DNA of 64,000 nucleotides from Candidatus Nanopelagicales bacterium (GTDB taxonomy: Bacteria; Actinomycetota; Actinomycetes; S36-B12; UBA5976), in assembly GCA_030157865.1 (NCBI GenBank), contig JAOATY010000043.1, forward strand, positions 34,964 through 98,963. Reading direction: 5' to 3'. Shown here in pieces: positions 48,476 to 56,739 of the stretch; within the stretch, counting starts at the first letter, position 1, and every line of letters starts with the position of its first letter. The notes under the pieces are model-generated. The model did not search any database. It was not told the origin of the DNA and saw only the letters and a program-made list of their open reading frames with translations. Both the position numbers and the translations under genes were made by a program.

Positions 48476-50664
48476 TTACTGATTGCTTTGAAGGACCGAA
48501 GTCGCAAACTATTGGTAACCACAAACACACTTGAAAATGCCATGGCCCCAGCGGCAATAACTGGACCGAGTAATCCCAGCATGGCTAATGGAATGGCTGC
48601 AACGTTGTAAGCAAAGGCCCAGAACAAATTAATTTTGATAGTTCGCATCGTTGCGCGCGATAACTCAATTGCATCAACGGCTGCTGCCATTGTCGAACGC
48701 AGCAACACAATGTCAGCTGCACTGGCTGCAACATCAGCGCCAGTTCCCATTGCCAAACTTAAGTGAGCTTTAGCTAAAGCAGCTGCGTCATTGATGCCAT
48801 CACCAATCATTGCTACAAAGTGATCGTCGTTTTGATTCGAAGTTACTAATTCAAGTTTTTCCGCTGGTGAGCTATTTGCGAAGTATTGCGCTATTCCCAA
48901 TTGCTGGCTAACTTTTTGTACTGCAACTTCATTGTCACCAGAGGCAACAATTGGTGTGATCTTAAGTTTCTTCAAGTGCGCCAAGGCTGGAAGCGCACTT
49001 GAATCTAGTGCGTCGGCAAGTGCGATAACGGCAACAGCGTAGGCATCACGATAAACCACCACAACGCTGTCGCCGCGAGCTTGGAATCTCTCAGCAGCTT
49101 GGGCGAATTCACCTTCTGGCGTGCCAAGCCATTTTGGCGAACCTAATGCACATGGATGTCCGGCTACTAATCCTTGAACCCCTGAGCCGCCAACTGTGTG
49201 GACTTTGGTTGCGGTTTCTTTTGTGAATTCAAACTTACGGGCATGAGTTCGCAAGCTGGTGGCAATTGGATGAGTGGAGCTTGCTTCGAGTGAATCGACA
49301 ATCTGCCAAAGTTCAGTCGGTTCGATCTTGGTGAAAACTTCAACAACGCTCATTCGACCATCAGTCAAAGTTCCAGTTTTGTCCATGATCATTACATCGA
49401 TTTTTTGGCTGGACTCGATGGCATGTGGACCACGAATCAAAATACCCAGTTGCGCACCCCTACCAGTTCCAACCAAAAGCGCAGTTGGTGTGGCAAGACC
49501 CAGAGCGCACGGACAGGCAATCACAAGAACTGCAATGCCAGTTGTGATGGCTAATCCTGAATCACCTGAAATAGCAAACCACGTAACGGCAGTAACCAAG
49601 GCAAGTGCGACCACAATCGGTACAAAGATTTCCGAAACCCGATCTACCAGTCGAGTGACTTCGGCTTTTCCAGTTTGCGCTTGATGCACAAGTCTGGAGA
49701 TTCCGGAAAGCACTGTGTCCTTGCCAACTGCTTTAGCTTGAATGGTTAGTGCAGTGTCGATTAAAACCGTTGCGCCAATTACATCGTCGCCTTCAGTCAC
49801 GGCCACCGGAAGTGACTCACCAGTAACCAATGAATTATCAACATGACCAGAACCAGAAATCACAATCGCATCAACAGGAATTTGGCTGCCAGCTGGAACG
49901 TAAATCACATCTCCAACTTTTACGTCTTCAATTGCCGTATTAACCTGCTCGCCATTTTGAATCACTAGCGCAAACTTGGGATTCAAGCTCGCTAGATTCT
50001 CAATTGCTTTTTGGGATTGCTCCCGAGCCCGATGCTCTAAGTACTTTCCAAGTAAAACCAAAGTGGTAACACCTGCTGCGACTTCAAAATAAAGATCAGG
50101 GTGCGCTGATTGGTGTCGAGATGGGAACAGCTCTGCGCTCATTGTCATGCCAACTGTGCCGGCTGCAGTAAACAAAACTGCCCACATTGACCAAAGGTAA
50201 GAAACCACGACGCCAAGACTTACCAATGAATCCATGGTCACCGCCCGGTGGCGCAAATTCAAAAAAGCTGCGCGATGAAATGGCCAAGCTCCCCAGGTTG
50301 CAACCGGAGTAGCCAGGCCAGCGCAAACCCATTGCCAATATGAAAACTGCATAGTTGGCATCATGGAAATAGTCATCAGCGGAATTGTTAGAAACGCAGA
50401 GATAATTAACCTGATTCGAAATTCACGAACTCCATAAAGTTCGACGGCTTTTCCAGATATGGAAGCGGTGTACCCAGTTTTTTCAATCGCCGCAATTAGT
50501 TCTTCATTAGTTACATCTTGATCTACGTCAGCAAATGCAACGCCTGTGGCATAGTTAACGGACGCTCGAACTCCATCAAGTTTTTCTAAAGATTTTTCAA
50601 CACGGCGTGAACAAGAAGCACAGGTCATTCCACCTACGCTGAGTTCAACGCTTCTGGCTGACAT
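48472..50664 (-). CDS. copA: Copper-translocating P1B-type ATPase
   Basis: 730 aa. N-terminal HMA GMTCASC, the TM CPC motif (ACPCALGLATP), DKTGTLT, and GDGINDAAAL. Confidence 0.92.
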   Translation of the reverse strand: MSARSVELSVGGMTCASCSRRVEKSLEKLDGVRASVNYATGVAFADVDQDVTNEELIAAIEKTGYTASISGKAVELYGVREFRIRLIISAFLTIPLMTISMMPTMQFSYWQWVCAGLATPVATWGAWPFHRAAFLNLRHRAVTMDSLVSLGVVVSYLWSMWAVLFTAAGTVGMTMSAELFPSRHQSAHPDLYFEVAAGVTTLVLLGKYLEHRAREQSQKAIENLASLNPKFALVIQNGEQVNTAIEDVKVGDVIYVPAGSQIPVDAIVISGSGHVDNSLVTGESLPVAVTEGDDVIGATVLIDTALTIQAKAVGKDTVLSGISRLVHQAQTGKAEVTRLVDRVSEIFVPIVVALALVTAVTWFAISGDSGLAITTGIAVLVIACPCALGLATPTALLVGTGRGAQLGILIRGPHAIESSQKIDVMIMDKTGTLTDGRMSVVEVFTKIEPTELWQIVDSLEASSTHPIATSLRTHARKFEFTKETATKVHTVGGSGVQGLVAGHPCALGSPKWLGTPEGEFAQAAERFQARGDSVVVVYRDAYAVAVIALADALDSSALPALAHLKKLKITPIVASGDNEVAVQKVSQQLGIAQYFANSSPAEKLELVTSNQNDDHFVAMIGDGINDAAALAKAHLSLAMGTGADVAASAADIVLLRSTMAAAVDAIELSRATMRTIKINLFWAFAYNVAAIPLAMLGLLGPVIAAGAMAFSSVFVVTNSLRLRSFKAISN

Positions 50665-50870
50665 TAGTTGGGAACGAGCTCGTATCCGGCTTCATCAATA
50701 GCAGTAGCCAGTTGTGCTTGTTCTAGCGCAGCATCGGAAGTAATCGTGACCTGACCAGATTCCAAATCAACATCAACGTCAGTAACTGTTGGCAGCAAAG
50801 ATAACTCCATAGTTACTGCGGAAACACAATGTCCACAGGTCATTCCTGACACATTAATTGTGGTTTGCAT
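50664..50870 (-). CDS. copZ: Heavy-metal-associated copper chaperone
   Basis: 68 aa. GMTCGHC motif on a ferredoxin-like fold. Its stop overlaps the copA start by 1 nt. Confidence 0.85.
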   Translation of the reverse strand: MQTTINVSGMTCGHCVSAVTMELSLLPTVTDVDVDLESGQVTITSDAALEQAQLATAIDEAGYELVPN

Positions 50871-50910
50871 TTCGATCTCCTTCGCTTGACTTAATTGTAC
50901 CGCGAAGGAA

Positions 50911-51639
50911 TTATTCGTTTACCGCACGCTTTTCTGCAACTTCTGGATAAGTCTGCGCTGCCGCAAGTGCAGCTTTACGCGCCTTTTCCATCGCAATCGC
51001 ACGAGCTTCTTCCAAGCGCTTTTGTGATTCTTGAATTCGAGCCGCACGTTGCGCCTTTAGCAATTCAGCCTGTTCAACCATGTCTTGACCAGTCCATGGT
51101 TTTTCGGAATCAATCACGCGGGAATAAGTAGTTGCCTTATCAGCTTTGACATAAGACGGCAATGGAGTTTCAACTGGCTGCCAGGTGCGTCGAGTTTCGG
51201 AAACTGTTTCAGTCAACGCAATGATTTCAGTGCGATGATCTGGAACTGCAGCTTGTGTTCGTGGCGCAGTTTCGTCTTTAGTTTTTTGTACGCGCACTGG
51301 ACGCGGCGCATGCTTTGCATTACGCGCAGCTGCGCCAGCAAAACCTGCGATCAATAAAGTTGGCGCTGCAATCCAGAAGATCGAAATTCTGCCTGCTGCA
51401 CCTAAAACTAACGTTGCGACCAATGCAGTGAACAAAGTCATGGCAACTCTGCGACGACGAACAAAAGCTAGCTCGCGCGCGGACTTTGGTTCACGTTGTT
51501 GCCAACGCCATTTGATTGCTACTTCGCCTTCTTCGCGAAGACCTTTTTCAACTTGAGCGCGATCATGGCTCTTTAACCAGATCGGTACTAAGACAACGGC
51601 CCACATCACTACAACGATGAGATATAACAAGCCGGTCAT
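50911..51639 (-). CDS. Divisome membrane protein SepX/GlpR-like
   Basis: 242 aa. N-terminal TM helix LLYLIVVVMWAVVLVPIWLKSHD resembles the SepX/GlpR N-terminus as I remember it. It also has a second TM pair and a C-terminal charged coiled region. moeA-like/rimJ/(this) synteny equals Rv0994-Rv0996. Confidence 0.6.
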   Translation of the reverse strand: MTGLLYLIVVVMWAVVLVPIWLKSHDRAQVEKGLREEGEVAIKWRWQQREPKSARELAFVRRRRVAMTLFTALVATLVLGAAGRISIFWIAAPTLLIAGFAGAAARNAKHAPRPVRVQKTKDETAPRTQAAVPDHRTEIIALTETVSETRRTWQPVETPLPSYVKADKATTYSRVIDSEKPWTGQDMVEQAELLKAQRAARIQESQKRLEEARAIAMEKARKAALAAAQTYPEVAEKRAVNE

Positions 51640-51709
51640 GGTTATTTACGGTACGGCGTATTCGCCAATATCTTGCGGAACTAAAGGGCTATCGGGATAA
51701 CGTGTCGCA

Positions 51710-52297
51710 CTAACTAAAGATGTGATCGATCACAGAGCCCGAAATTGTGTTGGGCATCATGACGTAGATGTTGTGGTCTCGCCACTGCCCATTAATGTGC
51801 AAGAAGGCCGGGCGGACACCTTCAAAGTTGTAGCCAAGGCGAATTGCCAAGCGATTACTTGGGATATTCTCAGGCCGCACTGCGATTTCGATCCGATGAA
51901 GTTTGAGGGTTTGCAGTAAGTGGTCAGTTACCAAGGCGGCCGCGGTGGTCATAACTCGCTTGTCAGAAGCGGACTCATCAATCCAGTAGCCAAAGTGGCA
52001 GCCCCGAAGTGAGCCGTACGTTATGTCCGAAACGTTGATTTGGCCGACGAATGTCCCCTGGTATTCCACAACAAAAGGCAAAGTGCGACCATCCCGTGCT
52101 TCGGCCAACATGCGCTTGGCACTTTGGCGAAAAGTTGGAGGTGGCTCAATGCTTGGCATTGGAGATGTGGCTTCCCATTCATGCAGCCAATCATTATTAA
52201 TCTGTCGTAGCTGCTGCCACCTTCTGGCATCGCGCACCCGAAGCGGTCTTACTTTCACATCACCATGGCTTAATGTGGCGGGCCAAGCTCTAGTCAC
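51710..52297 (-). CDS. GNAT-family N-acetyltransferase (RimJ/RimL-like)
   Basis: 195 aa. VRPLRVRDA...W, then a GNAT core (HRIEIAVRPENIPSNRLAIRLGYNFEG). Rv0995-like position. Confidence 0.75.
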   Translation of the reverse strand: MTRAWPATLSHGDVKVRPLRVRDARRWQQLRQINNDWLHEWEATSPMPSIEPPPTFRQSAKRMLAEARDGRTLPFVVEYQGTFVGQINVSDITYGSLRGCHFGYWIDESASDKRVMTTAAALVTDHLLQTLKLHRIEIAVRPENIPSNRLAIRLGYNFEGVRPAFLHINGQWRDHNIYVMMPNTISGSVIDHIFS

Positions 52298-52310
52298 TTG
52301 CTCACCTTAG

Positions 52311-53234
52311 TTATTCGTCACTCAGCGCATCAAGCTGCATAACTTTAACGGTGTCACCAGCATTCAAACGCCTAGTTCCAGGCGGCACAATGATCAAGGC
52401 ATCTGCAGTTCCCAATCCAGCTAGTGGATGATCTTCGTTATTTTCTACCGAACGAACAACAGGCACATTTCCAGATTTCGAAATATGTGCGCGAACATAA
52501 CGGGCATCATCGCCAGCACCATCAACAGTTGTCTCAAGTCGGGCTTCAATAACTCGGTGATGCAACTTGCTATGGCCCATAAGTCTTCTGATTAATGGCC
52601 GCACAAAAATGTCAAAGGAAAGCAATGCGCCAACTGGGTTTCCTGGCAAAACGAAAATTGGGGTTGAATCCGGACCAATAACTCCGAAGCCTTGAGCTCC
52701 ACCTGGAGTCATGTTGACTCGGGAAATCTCAACTCGCCCAAGTTGGCGCAGCACGTTTGTTAGTAGGTCATAGTCGCCAGCGTTCATGCCACATGCTGTG
52801 ATGATTACGTCCGCGCGGACTAGTTGGTCTTCGATTGCTGAACGAATTAAGTCTGAATCACTTTGTAGTGGTCCAACTCGAAATGTCATCGCGCCAGCTG
52901 CCGTTGATGCTGTGGTCAATGCAATGCCGTTGATGTCAGGACGCAAGTCTTCTAATGTTCCTGGGTCAGCTAAATCACTACCAACAGTCAAGATCACAAC
53001 GCGAGGTTTTGGGTGAACCCAAATTCGACCTAAGTTTGCTGCTGCTAAGAGTGCGATGTGCCGTGCACCGATTGCAGTTCCTTGCGGCAGCAATACGTGA
53101 TGGCTGCCTTCATCCTCAGTTACAACTTGTTCTGCAAGAACGCAGCCAACGGATCCAAGTAATCCAACTTCTAAGGATTCCAGCGGTGAAACATTAGCTA
53201 GAACCGCTTCTAAGTGTTGCTCGACAGAGCGCAT
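52311..53234 (-). CDS. MoeA/gephyrin-E-like (Glp-like) protein with a ~95-aa internal deletion
   Basis: 307 aa from the ATG at 53234 (TAATG overlap with the galU stop). The MoeA N-terminus (LEAVLANVSPLESLEV..GCVLAEQVV), MPT-binding-like domain (VVILTVGSDL...LPGNPVGALLSF) and C-terminal beta domain are all present. The segment that normally carries FDNSAMDGYA and TGAPxP is absent. Confidence 0.75.
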   Translation of the reverse strand: MRSVEQHLEAVLANVSPLESLEVGLLGSVGCVLAEQVVTEDEGSHHVLLPQGTAIGARHIALLAAANLGRIWVHPKPRVVILTVGSDLADPGTLEDLRPDINGIALTTASTAAGAMTFRVGPLQSDSDLIRSAIEDQLVRADVIITACGMNAGDYDLLTNVLRQLGRVEISRVNMTPGGAQGFGVIGPDSTPIFVLPGNPVGALLSFDIFVRPLIRRLMGHSKLHHRVIEARLETTVDGAGDDARYVRAHISKSGNVPVVRSVENNEDHPLAGLGTADALIIVPPGTRRLNAGDTVKVMQLDALSDE

Positions 53235-54136
53235 TAAATCTTGCCTGCCAAATACGAAGTTAACCAAGCGCGAAGATCTGGACCTAGATCATCTCGATCA
53301 AGTGCAATTGAAACCACGCTCTTTAAATAGGAAAGTTTGTCGCCGGTGTCGTAACGCTTGCCTCGGAACACCACGGCGTGAACGCCACCGCCAGATTCAG
53401 CTGGCATATCAATTAACGATGCCAACGCATCAGTTAGTTGAATCTCGCCACCGCGACCAGGTGCAAGATTTTCTAACAAACTAAAGATTGCAGGATCGAT
53501 TACATAACGACCAATCACTGCAAGGTTGCTTGGAGCAGTTCCAGCAGCTGGCTTTTCCACCAATTCCGTGACTCGAACAATGTCTGGATTATCGGTTGGC
53601 ACAACAGCAGCGCAACCATACAAATGAATTTGATCTTCCGGCACTTCCATCAGTGCCAAAATGCTGCCACCGAATTTTGCTTGCGCAGCAAACATATCTG
53701 GCAAAACTGGAGTCTTGGCATCAACCAAGTCATCACCAAGTAAAACTGCGAATGCTTGGTTGCCCACATGTTCTTTAGCCATGCTCACAGCATGACCCAA
53801 TCCCATTGGCACACCTTGGCGTACGTAATGCATGGCAGCCAAGTCAGCTAGCTCTGAAATTTCGCTTTGCATTTCAAATGCGCCACGTTCAGCCAAAGTG
53901 CGCTCCAAGCTCGGGGCGCGATCGAAGTGGTTTTCTAATGAATCTTTGTTACGTCCAGTTACGAACAGAACATCGTTAATGCCCGCGGCTACGGCTTCTT
54001 CAACTACGTATTGAATAGCTGGCTTATCGACAACTGGGAGCATTTCCTTCGGGGTTGCCTTGGTTGCCGGCAAAAATCGCGTACCTAACCCCGCTACCGG
54101 AATCACCGCTTTATGAATTGTGCCCCTATTGCTCAT
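53234..54136 (-). CDS. galU: UTP--glucose-1-phosphate uridylyltransferase
   Basis: 300 aa. AVIPVAGLGTRFLPATKATPKEMLPVVDKP is the canonical GalU N-terminus. Confidence 0.93.
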   Translation of the reverse strand: MSNRGTIHKAVIPVAGLGTRFLPATKATPKEMLPVVDKPAIQYVVEEAVAAGINDVLFVTGRNKDSLENHFDRAPSLERTLAERGAFEMQSEISELADLAAMHYVRQGVPMGLGHAVSMAKEHVGNQAFAVLLGDDLVDAKTPVLPDMFAAQAKFGGSILALMEVPEDQIHLYGCAAVVPTDNPDIVRVTELVEKPAAGTAPSNLAVIGRYVIDPAIFSLLENLAPGRGGEIQLTDALASLIDMPAESGGGVHAVVFRGKRYDTGDKLSYLKSVVSIALDRDDLGPDLRAWLTSYLAGKI

Positions 54137-54167
54137 ACCTAGACTTTACTGGCAATACGGTTAAGGA

Positions 54168-54734
54168 ATGGTAAGTCGTTCCAAAGACACAGTGCGCGAG
54201 CAATCAATCGCGGCTCGTAACGCGCGAAGCAGTGCGGATATTTCTGAAGCGGGAAATGCCATCGCAAATCATGACTGGGCAGCTTTATGCCCCGGTCATT
54301 TAGTAACTTGTTTTGTCTCGATGGCCACTGAACTGCCTACGGAACCAATTCGAAATAAATTGCGCGAACTTGGCAAAGATGTAGCGCTGCCAATTATGAA
54401 ACCTGGTCGCAGTTTGGCTTGGGGGTTTGACGGAACTGCCTTCGTGAAGAACAACTATGGCATTTTTGAACCCGAGCCTGCAGACATTGACATCGCTAAG
54501 GCAAGTGCGATTCTGATTCCCGCGCTTCGAGTCGGTCGCGATGGTTCACGATTGGGCAGAGGTGCTGGTTATTACGACCGGGCTTTAGCCAAAGTGCCAT
54601 CACATGCTGGCGGTGGTCCGCTTCGCATCTGCCTAGTATTCGATGATGAAGTGGATGATTCAGTGCCAAGTGAACCGCATGATGCCTTGATTGATGTCAT
54701 CGTGACACCGAGTCAGGTTATTCGAGTTAACTAG
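54168..54734 (+). CDS. 5-formyltetrahydrofolate cyclo-ligase
   Basis: 188 aa. RLGRGAGYYDR motif. Divergent from galU as for Rv0992c/Rv0993. Confidence 0.8.
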   Translation: MVSRSKDTVREQSIAARNARSSADISEAGNAIANHDWAALCPGHLVTCFVSMATELPTEPIRNKLRELGKDVALPIMKPGRSLAWGFDGTAFVKNNYGIFEPEPADIDIAKASAILIPALRVGRDGSRLGRGAGYYDRALAKVPSHAGGGPLRICLVFDDEVDDSVPSEPHDALIDVIVTPSQVIRVN

Positions 54735-54737
54735 TCG

Positions 54738-55094
54738 CTAACTAAATAAGTAGCGTCCCAAAACCAAACCAATACCTGCGGCAATAACTCCACCGGTAAT
54801 TAACGTAACTGCATAAATCATTGCTGGTCGGAAAGCTTGTGCAAGTAATCGTCGATGTAATTGCAAACTCACTCCACTAAATGTTGTTAGTGCGCCACAA
54901 AATCCGATGCCAATAATTACTTGCCAGTCCCCCGGTAACGCTAAAACAATTCCAAGCAAGAATGCACCGACCACATTTACCAACAAAGTTGCGCGCGGAA
55001 ATGCCGAACTTCCAACTGGTGGTAAGTAGTACTCAACTGCAAACCTAATAAATCCACCTAAGGCCGCTGCAAAAACAAATAGCGCCAAATTCAT
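54738..55094 (-). CDS. crcB: Fluoride efflux channel subunit CrcB/FluC (copy 2)
   Basis: 118 aa, four TM helices. GFCGALTTFSG motif. 4-nt overlap with the upstream crcB copy. Confidence 0.85.
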   Translation of the reverse strand: MNLALFVFAAALGGFIRFAVEYYLPPVGSSAFPRATLLVNVVGAFLLGIVLALPGDWQVIIGIGFCGALTTFSGVSLQLHRRLLAQAFRPAMIYAVTLITGGVIAAGIGLVLGRYLFS

Positions 55095-55456
55095 TTGCGA
55101 TCACCCAGCAAAGCACCAATGTGAGTCGCGGCAACACCAACTGCAAAAGTTGCAACCACATAAGTGATTGAAATCAATGGCGTACTTGCTAAATGCAAAG
55201 TTTCCACTGCAATCGCCGAGAACGTTGTGAAGCCACCAAGAACGCCAGTAACCACAAAGTGGCGACAGGTTTCATTCAACATAATTTTTGGTGAACTTGC
55301 GATCAATCCAATTAACAATGCGCCAATAACGTTAACAATAAAAGTTGACCAAGGAAAAGACGTTTCGCTCGGCGTTTGAATCCAGTATGAAATTTGTAAT
55401 CGTGCTAGCGAACCAAGTGCTGCCCCTAGGGCTGCAACTAATCCAAACTTAAGCAC
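55091..55456 (-). CDS. crcB: Fluoride efflux channel subunit CrcB/FluC (copy 1)
   Basis: 121 aa, four TM helices. GVLGGFTTFSA motif. The start overlaps the end of the zinc-ribbon gene by 8 nt. Confidence 0.85.
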   Translation of the reverse strand: MLKFGLVAALGAALGSLARLQISYWIQTPSETSFPWSTFIVNVIGALLIGLIASSPKIMLNETCRHFVVTGVLGGFTTFSAIAVETLHLASTPLISITYVVATFAVGVAATHIGALLGDRK

Positions 55457-55739
55457 TTGGACTTGGTGTGCTGGCTGGCGCTGCTGCTGGTGCAGGTGTT
55501 GCAGTTGCAGTCGAAGAAGTACTGGAGTCGGAAGTACTTGGTGTTGTTGACGATGTGGTTCCGCGGGAATCGTTGCGATAGAAACCCGAACCCTTAAAAA
55601 CTACGCCTACAGATCCGTAAACCTTCTTCAAGGCTTCGGCTTTGCATTCTGGGCAAGTTGTTAAGGCGTCATCAGAAAAGGACTGGACTACTTCAAGCGG
55701 CGCATTGCATTGGCCACACACGTATTGATAGGTAGGCAT
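55449..55739 (-). CDS. FmdB-family zinc-ribbon protein with S/T/A/P-rich tail
   Basis: 96 aa. MPTYQYVCGQCNAPLEVVQSFSDDALTTCPECK (CxxC...CxxC), then GSGFY and a low-complexity tail. Rv0991c-like. Confidence 0.8.
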   Translation of the reverse strand: MPTYQYVCGQCNAPLEVVQSFSDDALTTCPECKAEALKKVYGSVGVVFKGSGFYRNDSRGTTSSTTPSTSDSSTSSTATATPAPAAAPASTPSPSA

Positions 55740-55819
55740 GATTTCCTTTCGACTCTGGTAATCGTACCTGTGGATAAATTAAGTCGCGAAATTTGAATTC
55801 GACTTATCGTGGCACGACT

Positions 55820-56455
55820 ATGAAAAACCTTGAATTTCTGCACAAGTACTATCCGTTAATCGTTAGGTATCGCCGCTCAATTGCAGCCACACTGGCTGGT
55901 CTTGGAACCTTGCTGATTCTGAGCTTGGTGATTCCCACCCCTGGGTCTCAGACCAAAGTGCTTGTGGCAACCGCGCCGCTAAGTGCCGGGGCCACGTTGA
56001 CTGCCTCAGACTTTGCGCAAAAGTCGTTACCGGATGATTTTGCTTGGAGTACTTTGCAATCTGAACCGGGTGACTTAATTGGAAAGGTTTTAGCTCATTC
56101 GATCTCGGCAAATCAACCCATCAGCAGCAATGACTTGATTGGTCAAGGACTTTTAACTGGACTACCCGAAAACTATGTTGCAGTTTCACTTCCAGTAAGT
56201 GCCAGTACGAGTGCTTCACTATTAAATGTTGGAAATGTAATTGACGTTTACGGCACAAGTAATGACGGATTTAATGCAGGAGTCTTAGTTGCATCTCGCG
56301 CCAGAATACTTGCGATCCCAAGTAGTGCCAAGAGTTCGATGTTTGCCGGTGGTTCAACGACTAGTTCAATCATTGTTGGTGTCGATTCGGTTGCCGCGAT
56401 AAGTATTGCCGGCAGTGCCTCAAATCAAGGATTCACAATCGCGCTGCTTCCTTAA
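55820..56455 (+). CDS. SAF-domain, CpaB-like membrane-anchored protein (second copy in the window)
   Basis: TM helix (AATLAGLGTLLILSLVI), then a SAF-like segment (VLVATAPLSAGATLTASDF...GKVLAHSISANQPISSNDL). The ORF track starts at the TTG at 55793; I prefer the ATG at 55820. Confidence 0.6.
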   Translation: MKNLEFLHKYYPLIVRYRRSIAATLAGLGTLLILSLVIPTPGSQTKVLVATAPLSAGATLTASDFAQKSLPDDFAWSTLQSEPGDLIGKVLAHSISANQPISSNDLIGQGLLTGLPENYVAVSLPVSASTSASLLNVGNVIDVYGTSNDGFNAGVLVASRARILAIPSSAKSSMFAGGSTTSSIIVGVDSVAAISIAGSASNQGFTIALLP

Positions 56456-56495
56456 CTTTTGGAAGCCAATAAAACTTTTTCCTTAGCGCCGTTAA

Positions 56496-56675
56496 CTAGC
56501 CGTGGTGTGGTGGTACGTCTTCTAAGAGTTCGCGATCACGATTCGAAGGTGGCGCAACATCATCACTAGTTTGTTCTCGAGTTAACTCAACGCCATCAAG
56601 CAAGGCACGCAACTTTGCCGAACTCTGGGCTTTTGGATCCACAGGTTCATCAGGATTATTAGGCGTCGAACTCAT
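56496..56675 (-). CDS. Small acidic hypothetical protein (59 aa)
   Basis: ATG at 56675 preceded by AGGAGT. Sequence MSSTPNNPDEPVDP...RDRELLEDVPPHHG. The 99-aa ORF-track version would overlap the divergent oxidoreductase start. Confidence 0.5.
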   Translation of the reverse strand: MSSTPNNPDEPVDPKAQSSAKLRALLDGVELTREQTSDDVAPPSNRDRELLEDVPPHHG

Positions 56676-56739
56676 ACTCCTATGCTGATACCTAAGGAAT
56701 AAAAAACCTAATTCAAGCTGCAAAGGAAATGGATTCGCG

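Noticed and set aside
49274-49684. 136-aa + strand ORF inside copA
   Set aside because: It is antisense to a strongly supported P-type ATPase gene. The same reasoning applies to other antisense ORFs such as 12918-13337, 13617-13967 and 21591-21917.
55740-55792. Fluoride riboswitch upstream of the zinc-ribbon/crcB operon
   Set aside because: I could not find the conserved crcB-motif elements by eye in this 53-nt spacer. This needs cmsearch for a definitive answer (see the crcB finding).
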